A DNA stretch of 64,000 bases, from contig CAXXTU010000002.1 in assembly GCA_963662655.2 (NCBI GenBank), positions 2,048,001 through 2,112,000 of the forward strand, given 5' to 3'. This document shows, piece by piece, positions 41,190-50,467 of the stretch. Made by a program: the position numbers and the translations under genes. The notes under the pieces are model-generated. The model ran no database searches and was not told the DNA's origin. It was given only the letters and a program-made list of their open reading frames with translations. This DNA comes from Candidatus Cloacimonadales bacterium. GTDB taxonomy: Bacteria > Cloacimonadota > Cloacimonadia > Cloacimonadales > JAIOQZ01. Each line of letters begins with the position of its first letter. Position 1 is the first letter of the stretch.

Positions 41190-41371
41190 CGTGGCATCTT
41201 CGCCCGATCGTGCCGCTCCAACGTGGATATAATGCACCTTTGATCTCCACTAACATGATTTCGAGGAACGAAATCACAACGCTCAGGTTTTCGTTTTAAC
41301 TACGTCAAAGCCGAAAATAGGTGCATAACACCACGTCTCCGCGGCAGATCGAACGAATCTACTCACGTCTC
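41190..41371 (+). repeat. 182-bp structured repeat, family B, left flank of the flagellar module
   Basis: Aligns without gaps to 47680-47861 with ~9 mismatches (manual count). Confidence 0.92.
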
Positions 41372-41377
41372 ATTCTG

Positions 41378-41409
41378 AAAAAAAAGGAGCGATCTCTACC
41401 AATCGCTCC
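41378..41409 (-). terminator. Terminator of the flagellar operon
   Basis: GGAGCGAT/ATCGCTCC stem with a long A-run on its left. Confidence 0.75.
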
Positions 41410-41455
41410 CTAATACTTATCTGATTCTTCGAATCGACCGAAGGATTTACTCCAT

Positions 41456-41902
41456 TCATCCGGCCTTTGCCACGGCATCATCCGATAGCAGGCGGTATTT
41501 CAGATCGTAGTCCGGGTGGTCCAGCACAACCTGTTTACCCAGGTTATTCTCCGTATTGATCAGTAGAGGACCCTTCATATTGGCGGTCATCTTGGCTGGA
41601 TCCTTCGGAACGGTAACAATGACCAACTGCGCGACGCGAGTCGGATCACTGACTTTGATTTCTTCCAGGTCCGAGCGATACAGCCGTATCTGATAATCTG
41701 GCTTGAAAATCAGTGGATCGGTAACCACAAACGCCAGATCGGGAGAATCCATGCTCTGAAGCCATTTGAGAGGAGATTTTTTATTGGCGTCGATCAGGAC
41801 AAAGTCCTTGTATCCGGAAAATCCAAGCAATCCACTCGGAAAAGTGATTTTCGTTTTCGGATCGATTTCGATCTCGCCGAATCGTTTCGTCATGATTTTC
41901 AT
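41456..41902 (-). CDS. fliW: Flagellar assembly factor FliW
   Basis: TKRFGEI, ITFPSGLLGF, WLQS, TANMKGPLLIN, GKQVVL. Confidence 0.95.
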   Translation of the reverse strand: MKIMTKRFGEIEIDPKTKITFPSGLLGFSGYKDFVLIDANKKSPLKWLQSMDSPDLAFVVTDPLIFKPDYQIRLYRSDLEEIKVSDPTRVAQLVIVTVPKDPAKMTANMKGPLLINTENNLGKQVVLDHPDYDLKYRLLSDDAVAKAG

Positions 41903-41919
41903 GTTACTTCCCTCTTTCC

Positions 41920-43092
41920 TTAGATATAGTTTAGCAGACTGTCAGTAAGAATACTACCAAGCACCGATGTAGACGAAGATAACGCAGATTCGACCATCGA
42001 GAGTTCCGATATCACCTCGATGAGATCGGGCTGAGAGACATTCTCGATATTCGTAAGCAAGTTTTCTTCGGTTGCAACCATGTTGTTTCGTGCAACTTCC
42101 ACACGGCTCATGCGCAGCCCCGTTTCGGCCAGGACATTCTCGAATGTGTCCTGCACCGCGCGGAGGTCTTCCAGCGCTTGAGATATGGCAGCGGTATCGT
42201 TGTTTTCCAATGCGATCTTAAGATTGTACATCGTGTCGATCATACCGGTATTTTCAGCAGCTTCCAGCCCTGTCACATTGGTCGTTACACGGGTATTCCG
42301 GCTCATATTGAAGTCGATCTTCCCGTCATCGCCATTATAACTGCCGGCGCGAACATAAACCTTGAATTCATCTCCCTCGGCAAAGGTCCCACTGGTAAAG
42401 CTTGCCTGAACGCCAAGATCCTCACCATTCACATCATCGTAGACCGCAATGTTCCCAGTCAAAGTCAACTCACTGCCCCAGGTCTCTCCCCCATCTTCGG
42501 AAATCTGATACTGTGCCGTACCGATATCCCCACCGGAAATGATCCGGACAAGATACTCCTTCTCCGAATTACCGGTGAAATCTCCCGAAGTGGTCATCTC
42601 ACCTTCGTAGGTGTTGGCGGATGAAGCGTATCCCGGCAGAATCCTGCCGTAATCCTGGTACGCCTGTTCACCCGTATTGTATCCTGAAAAGAGGTAGCGA
42701 TTATTCTGCTTTGTATTTAATGTCTGGAACATCTGTTCGAGGATATCGCCTATTTCTGTCGAGCCAACCTGATGGACTGTTGAATCAGCGGTCTCAGTAG
42801 CATTCAATTCAGCAACTTCCCTCGCTTGGGTAAGCAGGGTACTGAGGTCCTGCAAACACTGCTCCGTCGCCGTCAGGTATTGATCGGCGTCATCCATGTT
42901 TTCCTGATAGCGCAGCGTAGCCGAGAGGTCGATTTGAAACCGCGTGTACATGGACGTACCGGTGGGATCATCCGACGGACTAAGCAAACTCCGCTCCTTG
43001 CTGATTTCCTCTTGCAGTTCCCTGTATCTCTCCAGGTTCTTGCTGACCTGGCCATACAGGTTCTGAAATGCCATCTGGGTTGTAACTCGCAC
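41920..43092 (-). CDS. flgL: Flagellar hook-associated protein 3
   Basis: MRVT, PSDDP, RYLFSG, YNGD, flagellin-like C-terminus ending SLLNYI. Confidence 0.9.
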   Translation of the reverse strand: MRVTTQMAFQNLYGQVSKNLERYRELQEEISKERSLLSPSDDPTGTSMYTRFQIDLSATLRYQENMDDADQYLTATEQCLQDLSTLLTQAREVAELNATETADSTVHQVGSTEIGDILEQMFQTLNTKQNNRYLFSGYNTGEQAYQDYGRILPGYASSANTYEGEMTTSGDFTGNSEKEYLVRIISGGDIGTAQYQISEDGGETWGSELTLTGNIAVYDDVNGEDLGVQASFTSGTFAEGDEFKVYVRAGSYNGDDGKIDFNMSRNTRVTTNVTGLEAAENTGMIDTMYNLKIALENNDTAAISQALEDLRAVQDTFENVLAETGLRMSRVEVARNNMVATEENLLTNIENVSQPDLIEVISELSMVESALSSSTSVLGSILTDSLLNYI

Positions 43093-43093
43093 G

Positions 43094-43339
43094 TTATCCT
43101 CCCATCTTACCGCTCAGCAGCTCGTTCAGTTTGTCGAACGCTGTCTGATCGATAGCTGTCTTTGATGCCTTCTGGTTTTCTCTAAGGATCTTCTCGTAAA
43201 CTTCTTTTCTATATACCGGCAGCGCTTTGGGCGCTCGTATTCCGATTCTTGCTGATGTTTTGTTCATTTCCGCGAGTACGATCTCTATGTCGTCGCCGAC
43301 GATGATCGACTCACCGATTTTTCTGGTTAAAATTAACAT
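43094..43339 (-). CDS. csrA: Carbon storage regulator
   Basis: MLILTRKIGESIIVGDDIEI..RIGIRAPK..VYRKEVY. Confidence 0.96.
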   Translation of the reverse strand: MLILTRKIGESIIVGDDIEIVLAEMNKTSARIGIRAPKALPVYRKEVYEKILRENQKASKTAIDQTAFDKLNELLSGKMGG

Positions 43340-43399
43340 CTTTCACCTTCCTTGGTGCCTTTGTATTGCCCGCAGGCGTTATAAACCTTCCCTGGTTGA

Positions 43400-44776
43400 T
43401 CAGCCGACCAGGCCTATAATTGTTCCTATAAGCCCATCAGCCATTTCGACGACCTTGGCAGCAGCCTGATAAGACCTCTGGTAACTGATCAGGTTTACCG
43501 ATTCCTCATCGATCGACACTCCTTTTACCGACTCGCGGTAATTGCCGATTTGCGTTGCCGTCATTTCAAGCATCTCACTCTGGTTAGCAGCGTTGGCGGA
43601 ATCCCTACCAATTGCCGAGAGCATGGATCCATAATACTCTCCAAAAGATTGAGACCCCATCGTCGCGTCGCTCCGGAGCGATGATATCTGTAGGGCGATT
43701 CGATTATCGCCTTCCGCTCCGCCCATCGAGGCGGCTATTTTATTCGGTGATGCGGCGATCGCGTCGGATATTCTGAAGTCCGCGGCGCCGGTCACATCCG
43801 ATGCAAAGAAATCAAGATTGGTTGAGGGAGGATCGCCAAGTCCATATCCCTGGCGATGGATCGCGTTGACCTGCTGGCTGAGGTTCACCGCGAGGTTGTC
43901 CAGCCTGTCGAGATAACCGGCAAGCTGCTCGTCCCGGAGCATCATGAGCCCCTTGAGCTCTCCCTTCTGAAGTCCGTTGATGCCTGTATTGGTGTCGTTC
44001 CAAACAAGCTCGCTCGTCTCGAGCCCATCGACCGTCTCGCTCTTGACACGAAGATGGCGCGAGGAGTCGTGGGTAACCAACTGATCCGAGCCGAAATACA
44101 CGACCCTGCTTCCGTCATCGTGATTCTTGACTTTCACCTCGCCGTATTCCGAGAGGTCGTCCAGCAGCTTGTCCCACTTGTCCAGGAGGTCGTTGGGAGC
44201 ACTTCCCGACTGCTCTGCCATAGTGATCTGCTTATTCAGGGCCGCGAGTTGCTCGCCGATGCTGTTCACCTCGGCGGCGATGGTTTCGATCTCGTCGTTG
44301 ACCTCGGTGTACTTGTCGGTAATCGTCGCGTGAACACGTGCAAAAGATTCCGAAAGATTTTGCGCCGATTCGAGCAGGTCGAGGCGGAAGAGGTTGTCCA
44401 TCGGATTGTCCGAGAGGGCCTCCCACTTATCCCAGAATTCGTTGAGATCGACGGATAGGCCATAGTCGGTGAGCTCGTTCAATTCCGCTTCCAGCTCCGA
44501 GAGTTTCTCGGAAGAGCGTCCCCAGTAATTGAGCTCCGTGTTTTCTTCGCGGTAGGAGTCGTCCAGATAGAGGTCACGCATACGTTCGATACGCACGGCT
44601 TCGACGCCGGTACCGTATGAAAAGTGACAATCGGAGATCGGATCGCTGTTCGTCTGCACGACTCGTTGCCGGCTGTAGCCTTCGGTGTTCACGTTCGCGA
44701 TGTTGTGACCCGCCGTCTGCAAATGCTGTTCGGCATTTTCGAGCGCTTTACGTCCGATGGAAAGAATGTTGAACAT
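43400..44776 (-). CDS. flgK: Flagellar hook-associated protein 1
   Basis: GHNIANVNTEGYSRQ, GTGV..RMRD, PNDLLD, GELKG, GVSIDEE..YQRSYQAAAK. Confidence 0.95.
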   Translation of the reverse strand: MFNILSIGRKALENAEQHLQTAGHNIANVNTEGYSRQRVVQTNSDPISDCHFSYGTGVEAVRIERMRDLYLDDSYREENTELNYWGRSSEKLSELEAELNELTDYGLSVDLNEFWDKWEALSDNPMDNLFRLDLLESAQNLSESFARVHATITDKYTEVNDEIETIAAEVNSIGEQLAALNKQITMAEQSGSAPNDLLDKWDKLLDDLSEYGEVKVKNHDDGSRVVYFGSDQLVTHDSSRHLRVKSETVDGLETSELVWNDTNTGINGLQKGELKGLMMLRDEQLAGYLDRLDNLAVNLSQQVNAIHRQGYGLGDPPSTNLDFFASDVTGAADFRISDAIAASPNKIAASMGGAEGDNRIALQISSLRSDATMGSQSFGEYYGSMLSAIGRDSANAANQSEMLEMTATQIGNYRESVKGVSIDEESVNLISYQRSYQAAAKVVEMADGLIGTIIGLVG

Positions 44777-44810
44777 AGCTTTACATCCTACTCGTCTGAT
44801 GAGAAGTCGA

Positions 44811-45311
44811 TCAGATCCTCTTGTTAAGAAGGATCGAGCTTCTCTTCTGGTTAATCATTCCCACGCGACTGTAAACGCGGTCGCGGTCGATGATATCCGC
44901 AATCATTTCCAGGTTGTCGCCCACCATCTCAAGTCCTGTGCGGATCAGTTCCTTGTTCTCCGCCGAAAGCTTGTCGATGGTTTTAAGCGTGTTGGCAAAG
45001 ACCTTGAAAAACACTTGCGCCTTCTCCTGATCTTCCGGCTCGATGAATATCCGGTCGATGTTCTTCAGTGAGGTTTCGTCGATCTCCACGCCCACGGTGA
45101 GCATCAAGGCTTCCATGAGATCGTTTCGCTCGTTGGTGGTGTTGTGTGCTTTTCCGATCAGTAGCGCAGCTCGCTGACTGACTTCCTGAAATTGACGGAT
45201 ATCCCACTTCATCAGAGCGTATTTTTGCTCCGAGAGTACCAGTGCTACTTCCTGGTAGGCGGCAATCTCTTCCTCCCAGGCGTTGAAAAAATCTTTCTTC
45301 AGGGCATCCAT
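44811..45311 (-). CDS. flgN: Flagellar export chaperone FlgN-like
   Basis: Helical 166-aa protein directly before flgK; N..LI...L and C-terminal YSRVG pattern. Confidence 0.65.
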   Translation of the reverse strand: MDALKKDFFNAWEEEIAAYQEVALVLSEQKYALMKWDIRQFQEVSQRAALLIGKAHNTTNERNDLMEALMLTVGVEIDETSLKNIDRIFIEPEDQEKAQVFFKVFANTLKTIDKLSAENKELIRTGLEMVGDNLEMIADIIDRDRVYSRVGMINQKRSSILLNKRI

Positions 45312-45324
45312 CTTGACTCCTTAT

Positions 45325-46176
45325 TTATTGCATCGATTTGTAATAATCCATGACTCTTCGCACGTAGTGCTGCGTTTCCTTGAATGGCGGAATGCCGTTG
45401 TATTTATCCACATTACCGGGGCCGGCGTTGTAAGCCGCCAGAGCCAGATCCACATCGTCGTAGCGATCGAGCATCATCTTGAGGTAGCGAACGCCGCCAC
45501 GGATGTTCTGCTCGGGATCGAAGGAATCGGTTACACCCAATCCTTCCGCCGTCTTGTCCATCAACTGCATCAGCCCCTTTGCTCCCGCGTGGGATTCCGC
45601 ATTCGGATTGCCGTAGCTTTCCTGTGCGATAACCGCTTTCACGAGGTTCTCGTCGACGCCGAACTGCTCGGCCATATCGACGATAATCGGGTTGAACTGC
45701 TCCAACCGCTGTGAAAGGGTTTTACCCAGCGGTGCGGGGGCTTCCTCTAACCGAGCTGATGATTCTTCGATCTGAGCCGCCTTCGACGATTTGCTTTCCA
45801 GGGCAGTCGTGTGAATGAAATCGTTCTCCGAGAGGTCGCGCAGACTCTGGACAGGAACATCCTGCCGGATGTCCAGTTGACCGAGTATCTGACGTGAGAG
45901 TCCCAGCTCTCCCTTCTCGGCGATGTTCATTGCAACTTCTTGCAGAAACATCTCCTGATACCAGTCACTTCCGGGACCAGTGCCCAACATGGAGTCGTCC
46001 TCCAGCGTTTCGGTCATCGCGCTGAGCATCTGCCGTACGAAGATCGCCTCGAACTCCTGCGCTGCCTTCTCCGCTTCTCCGCGGTCGTACTCTTTCAGCT
46101 TCTCACCGAGCTTCTTGAAATCATCGGTGTTCAGCTTTCGGAGCTGCATTGCCTGGGTTTGCTCGAGGTCTATCAT
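45325..46176 (-). CDS. flgJ: FlgJ rod-binding domain fused to SLT lytic transglycosylase
   Basis: AAQEFEAIFVRQMLSAM..GLSRQILGQL (rod-binding); QESYGNPNA.SHAGAKGLMQLM, LAAYNAGPG, ETQHYV (SLT). Confidence 0.85.
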   Translation of the reverse strand: MIDLEQTQAMQLRKLNTDDFKKLGEKLKEYDRGEAEKAAQEFEAIFVRQMLSAMTETLEDDSMLGTGPGSDWYQEMFLQEVAMNIAEKGELGLSRQILGQLDIRQDVPVQSLRDLSENDFIHTTALESKSSKAAQIEESSARLEEAPAPLGKTLSQRLEQFNPIIVDMAEQFGVDENLVKAVIAQESYGNPNAESHAGAKGLMQLMDKTAEGLGVTDSFDPEQNIRGGVRYLKMMLDRYDDVDLALAAYNAGPGNVDKYNGIPPFKETQHYVRRVMDYYKSMQ

Positions 46177-46185
46177 TGTTATCTC

Positions 46186-47271
46186 CTACATAATCACGAG
46201 CTCGGCCTGTAACGCGCCGGCTGCTTTAAGAGACTGGAAAATCGATATGAGGTCGCGCGGAGTGACTTTAATGCTATTGAGCGCTCGAGCCAGTTCCTGA
46301 ACCGTGCTCGATTCGAGAACCATAACCCGCGCCGGTTCGTTGATCGCCGCAACGGTGCTGTACTCGCTGCTTTCCTCGACCATTCCGAACCCGTAGCTCT
46401 CGCTCTCGGAATAGGTATTAATCTTGATCATGAGGTTCCCATGCGCCACAGCGACTTCAGAAAGCTCCACATTGCCTCCGGCAACGATGGTGCCGGTGCG
46501 TTCGTTGATCACGACACGGGCTTTCTGCTCGGGAACCACTTCGAGGTTTTCGATGGATGAAATGAAACTGATCAGCTTCTTCTGTACCAGAACCGAATCC
46601 GGCACGACAATCTGCACGGAGCTGGCGTCTTCCGGTGCCGCAAGTCGATATTCGAAATGCTCGTTGATTGCCGTCGCAACCCTTTGAGCAGTTGTGAAAT
46701 CGGGATTGTGCAGATTAACGAGAAGCTCGCCATTGTAGATCATCTGGCTGTAAACTTCCTTTTCAACGACCGCTCCGTCGGGGATTCTGCCGACCAGCGC
46801 GAAGTTCTTGCGGAGCTTCGTTCCGCTCGCGCTCGAGTTGAATCCTCCGATCGATACCGCACCCTGCGCCATGGCGTAGAGCTCTTCATCGACGCTCAGC
46901 AGCGGCGTCATGAGTAGCGTTCCGCCTTCAAGGCTTTTCGCGTCTCCCACAGAGGAGACCGTGACGTCGAAATGACTGCCTTGCTTTGCGAACGCCGGTA
47001 GGGTCGCTGTTACGATCACGGCAGCAATGTTGTTGGGACGAATCTTGTTTTGCGCGATGGTCAGGCCAAAGCGTTCCATCATGTTCTTGATGGATTGAAT
47101 CGTCATCTGACTGCTGCTGCCGTCGCCGGTCCCGTCCAAGCCAACCACCAGGCCGTAGCCGATGAGTTGCTTCGATTCCAAACCGCTGAAACCGGCGATG
47201 TCCTTCAACCGGACCTGCGCCTGCATGAGCGCTATGCTCAGAAGAAACGCAAGAAACACGGTCTTTTTCAT
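46186..47271 (-). CDS. flgI: Flagellar P-ring protein
   Basis: RLKDIA, LIGYGLVVGLDGTGD, GDAKSLEGGTLLMTPL, PDFTTA, INERTGTIV, AGALQAEL. Confidence 0.97.
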   Translation of the reverse strand: MKKTVFLAFLLSIALMQAQVRLKDIAGFSGLESKQLIGYGLVVGLDGTGDGSSSQMTIQSIKNMMERFGLTIAQNKIRPNNIAAVIVTATLPAFAKQGSHFDVTVSSVGDAKSLEGGTLLMTPLLSVDEELYAMAQGAVSIGGFNSSASGTKLRKNFALVGRIPDGAVVEKEVYSQMIYNGELLVNLHNPDFTTAQRVATAINEHFEYRLAAPEDASSVQIVVPDSVLVQKKLISFISSIENLEVVPEQKARVVINERTGTIVAGGNVELSEVAVAHGNLMIKINTYSESESYGFGMVEESSEYSTVAAINEPARVMVLESSTVQELARALNSIKVTPRDLISIFQSLKAAGALQAELVIM

Positions 47272-47501
47272 TCTTCACCTCATAAATTGGTACTTTTCAG
47301 AGCACGCCGAGTGTGCTCCGATTCAGGCCGAATGCTTCGTTGCCGAGACGATGCGTCAGCCATTTTAAAAAACCCGAACCAGATGGGCTGTGAGAAAATA
47401 TCCGTTGATATGTTGTCTCTCGTAATCAACAGATCACATTTTGATGTATGTCCACCGTCGCGGACGTCATCTTGTTACACATTCTATGCATCGTATCATT
47501 T

Positions 47502-47518
47502 TGCATGAGCTATGCCAA
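47502..47518 (-). promoter_or_regulatory. Sigma54-type promoter of the flagellar operon
   Basis: Minus strand TTGGCATAGCTCATGCA, GG-N10-GC spacing, ~230 bp before flgI. Confidence 0.55.
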
Positions 47519-47679
47519 ACGATTCCACAAGCTCGTTACTTATTGTATAGAAGTTGTTTACGCTAACATTGCAGAAGTATTTCACAATGGGAAATGAGTG
47601 GTTTTTTATTCCATAGTGGAAAGATTTTCCTGTACTATTTTACCGGGCATCAGCGAGGAAACGGCAACTTGCTTTCCGT

Positions 47680-47861
47680 CGTGGCATCTTCGCCCGATCG
47701 TGCCGCACCAACGTGGATATAATGCACCCTCGATCTCCACTAACATGATTTCGAGGAACGAAATCATAACGTTCAGGTTTTCGTTTTGACTACGTCAAAG
47801 CCGAAAATAGGTGCATAACACCACGTCTCCGTGGCAGATCGAACGAATCTGCTCACGACTC
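47680..47861 (+). repeat. 182-bp structured repeat, family B, right flank of the flagellar module
   Basis: Direct repeat of 41190-41371. Confidence 0.92.
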
Positions 47862-47913
47862 GCGGTGAAGCGGGATCATCAAGAATGATTCAAAGGTGGG
47901 AAATGTGTAAGAA

Positions 47914-49944
47914 TCAGGGGTGCAAAGCTTTGTGGAGCAAGTGAGAAATTTTAACCCAGTCCAGTGGTTTTTCGATCACATTGTCGGTGATATCCTTGAG
48001 TTTGGGTAGTTCCTGATAGTAAGCGGTAATAATGAAAACGGGCAACTGGGGGTACATCTCGCGGAGTTCCTGAATCATCTGAACGCCGTCGGGTTCCGGC
48101 ATGGCGTAATCGAGGAGGACGGCATCGATACGGGCGCCGTGCTCCTTCATGAATTGCATGGCCTTGCTGGAGTCCTGGAACGTGTCGATATCGTAGCCGT
48201 AGCTTTCGAGCATCATGCGGCCGATCTGCAGGATGGAATCTTCATCGTCAACGAGCACAAGACGCGCGCCGTCACTGTACACGGCTTCCGAGACACCGCT
48301 TTCCAATTCAGCCGGGAGTGTTTCGCTAATGGGCAATTTGACGATAATCGATGTTCCTTCCCCCATCTCCGAGCTGATTTCGATGGTACCGCCAAGCTCT
48401 TTCACGACGCTGTATACAATCGCCAAACCCAGACCGGAATGATGCTGGTGATCCTTCGTGGTGAAAAATGGCTCGAAAATCTTTCCCCTCACAGCCGGAG
48501 CGATACCGCTTCCGGTATCCGAAACAACCAGTTGCACGTCACGATAGACTTTTTCGTCCACATTCTGCTCGATCCGACTCAGCGAAACGCTGAGCGTTCC
48601 GCTCGATCCCATTGCCTGGGAGGCGTTATGCAAGAGATTAATGAGGATTTGCTGGATTTGAACCGGGTCTCCGAAAACGGCAGGAATCTCGTCGGCGATA
48701 TCGGAGACGACTTTGATCTTGTGCGGCAAATTCTTCTTGAACTGCTTCAGTACCTGGCGCACCTGATTGGCGATCACGATCGGGCGCGGCTCCAGCTCAA
48801 CCTGCCGCGAGAACATCATGATCTGGCGCACAAGCTCTTTTGCGCGATCGCCCGATTTCAGAATGGACTGGACGTGGTTCATCACTTCCGGCTTATCCTG
48901 CGCCTGCATTCGCGCCAACTCGGCAGAGCCGATGACCGACGAGAGAATGTTGTTGAAATCGTGTGCAATGCCGCTGGCGAGGGATTCCATCGCCTCGAGC
49001 TTCTGGACGTGGTAAAGCTTCTCGCGTGCTTTACGCATCTCCTTCTCGTACTCTTTCTGTTGCGTGATATCCTGCACGATGCAGAAGATATATATGTGCC
49101 CGAATAGGGTAACCGTTGTCAGATAGATATTTACGTTCCGCGTGCTTCCGTCCGCCAAACGATTCACGCTGAAGAAAGATTGAACCCCCTTGTGGTCGAG
49201 ATTCCGGATGGCCGAAATCATCTCGTCTTCAGAGGAAAGATTGATCTCGGCGAAGCGCATCATCTTGAGCTGGCCGGGAGAATAACCGTAGAACTCCGCT
49301 GCGCCCATGCTGGCGTCTTCGATGCGACCGTTGTTCGGATTGATCATGAGGATGATGGCGTGATTGTTGTCCAAAAGCGAGTGGTAGAACCGATTGCTCT
49401 CTTCAAGCTTCTTGCGCTGCTCCATCGAGGTGAGATCGGCATCCAGGCAACGCTCGACAGCCGTCCCGAGCATCTTGAACAACGAGCGCATATTGCGAGC
49501 GAAGTCACGCGGTATTTCCACGATTTTGCTCAGCGAATGGCGGTACGAATCGCTATCGAAACCAAAGCGACGGGAGGTTCTCTCCACCTTCTTCGGATCA
49601 ACTGGTTCGAAGGTGTATCCGCAAGCTACAAGCATCCCGAGAGAGCCGTTACTCGCCTGAATAGAATAGCACAACACGGGGTATCCGAAGGGGCACAGAG
49701 GCTCAGCAAGCTTTGCGTCACCCGTTTTGACGGACAGCTCTTCCGCCCATTCACGTAGAAATCCACCGCCAGCCGGATGACTGAAATGGAATTTCTCGCA
49801 AACCGTCTCGTCTCCCAGATTCAGAAACAGCTCACCTTTCGGTGAAACCAGCATCACGTGCGTTCCCGTTCCCGATTCAAAATCAGCAAACAATCTCAGA
49901 ATTATTTCCACATTCACAGCTTCAGGCAAGAAGGCTTTCTTCAT
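47914..49944 (-). CDS. Cytoplasmic hybrid histidine kinase (PocR-like, PAS, HisKA, HATPase, REC)
   Basis: CEKFH..CPFG (PocR-like), FYGYS (PAS), GIAHDFNNIL, NLLHNA, DTGSGI, FEPFFTTK, GLGL, LVDDE, LLDYAMP. Confidence 0.92.
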   Translation of the reverse strand: MKKAFLPEAVNVEIILRLFADFESGTGTHVMLVSPKGELFLNLGDETVCEKFHFSHPAGGGFLREWAEELSVKTGDAKLAEPLCPFGYPVLCYSIQASNGSLGMLVACGYTFEPVDPKKVERTSRRFGFDSDSYRHSLSKIVEIPRDFARNMRSLFKMLGTAVERCLDADLTSMEQRKKLEESNRFYHSLLDNNHAIILMINPNNGRIEDASMGAAEFYGYSPGQLKMMRFAEINLSSEDEMISAIRNLDHKGVQSFFSVNRLADGSTRNVNIYLTTVTLFGHIYIFCIVQDITQQKEYEKEMRKAREKLYHVQKLEAMESLASGIAHDFNNILSSVIGSAELARMQAQDKPEVMNHVQSILKSGDRAKELVRQIMMFSRQVELEPRPIVIANQVRQVLKQFKKNLPHKIKVVSDIADEIPAVFGDPVQIQQILINLLHNASQAMGSSGTLSVSLSRIEQNVDEKVYRDVQLVVSDTGSGIAPAVRGKIFEPFFTTKDHQHHSGLGLAIVYSVVKELGGTIEISSEMGEGTSIIVKLPISETLPAELESGVSEAVYSDGARLVLVDDEDSILQIGRMMLESYGYDIDTFQDSSKAMQFMKEHGARIDAVLLDYAMPEPDGVQMIQELREMYPQLPVFIITAYYQELPKLKDITDNVIEKPLDWVKISHLLHKALHP

Positions 49945-50017
49945 TTATCGTCATGCTCCATTCTTTATTTACATTAAGATACGCTTTTCTCGCTCGAAGT
50001 CAAGCATAACTTGCGAT

Positions 50018-50464
50018 TCACTGATTTCGTTTCGCGTCCATCCGCTTCTGCAGAACCTTTTTGAAATCGATCTTCTCCTGAAGCTTATAGCCGCAATCCT
50101 CGTCGAGCCTCCCGCCATGCCGGAACATCCAGATGTTGGGAAACTCACGGCAGATGTCCGGGCGTTCCTCGTATCGAGTGCAACGCCCGTCATCGCCAAC
50201 AAGTTTACAGGAAAAAATCAAAATACCTGCCTCATCCCTGCCGATAATCTCCATATTGCGGTAGAAAGGGCTCCTCTTCTGAAGCTTGCGGAAATATCGC
50301 CTGGACCGTACAACGCCATGCGTCTCGATCAGCATCAGGCTGCGGCAGCAATCTCCGCATTGCTTGCATTCGCCAATGACCTCGAGCTTCTCCGGCGAGA
50401 ACCGATAGAGCCACTCACGCTTCAAGCGCAGCAACAGAAACCGGGCAAAATCGGTTACACGCAT
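50018..50464 (-). CDS. YkgJ-family cysteine-cluster protein
   Basis: CKQCGDCC, CKLV..GRCTRYEERPDICREFP. Confidence 0.88.
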   Translation of the reverse strand: MRVTDFARFLLLRLKREWLYRFSPEKLEVIGECKQCGDCCRSLMLIETHGVVRSRRYFRKLQKRSPFYRNMEIIGRDEAGILIFSCKLVGDDGRCTRYEERPDICREFPNIWMFRHGGRLDEDCGYKLQEKIDFKKVLQKRMDAKRNQ

Positions 50465-50467
50465 CGC

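Noticed and set aside
41066..41299. Similar short ORFs at 41066-41299 and 47598-47789
   Set aside because: Similarity comes only from the 182-bp repeat; starts are unrelated and lack RBS
41190..41371. 6S RNA (similar length, long hairpin)
   Set aside because: Three copies within 64 kb, one much shorter, and no recognisable 6S consensus; an Rfam scan is needed to exclude it fully
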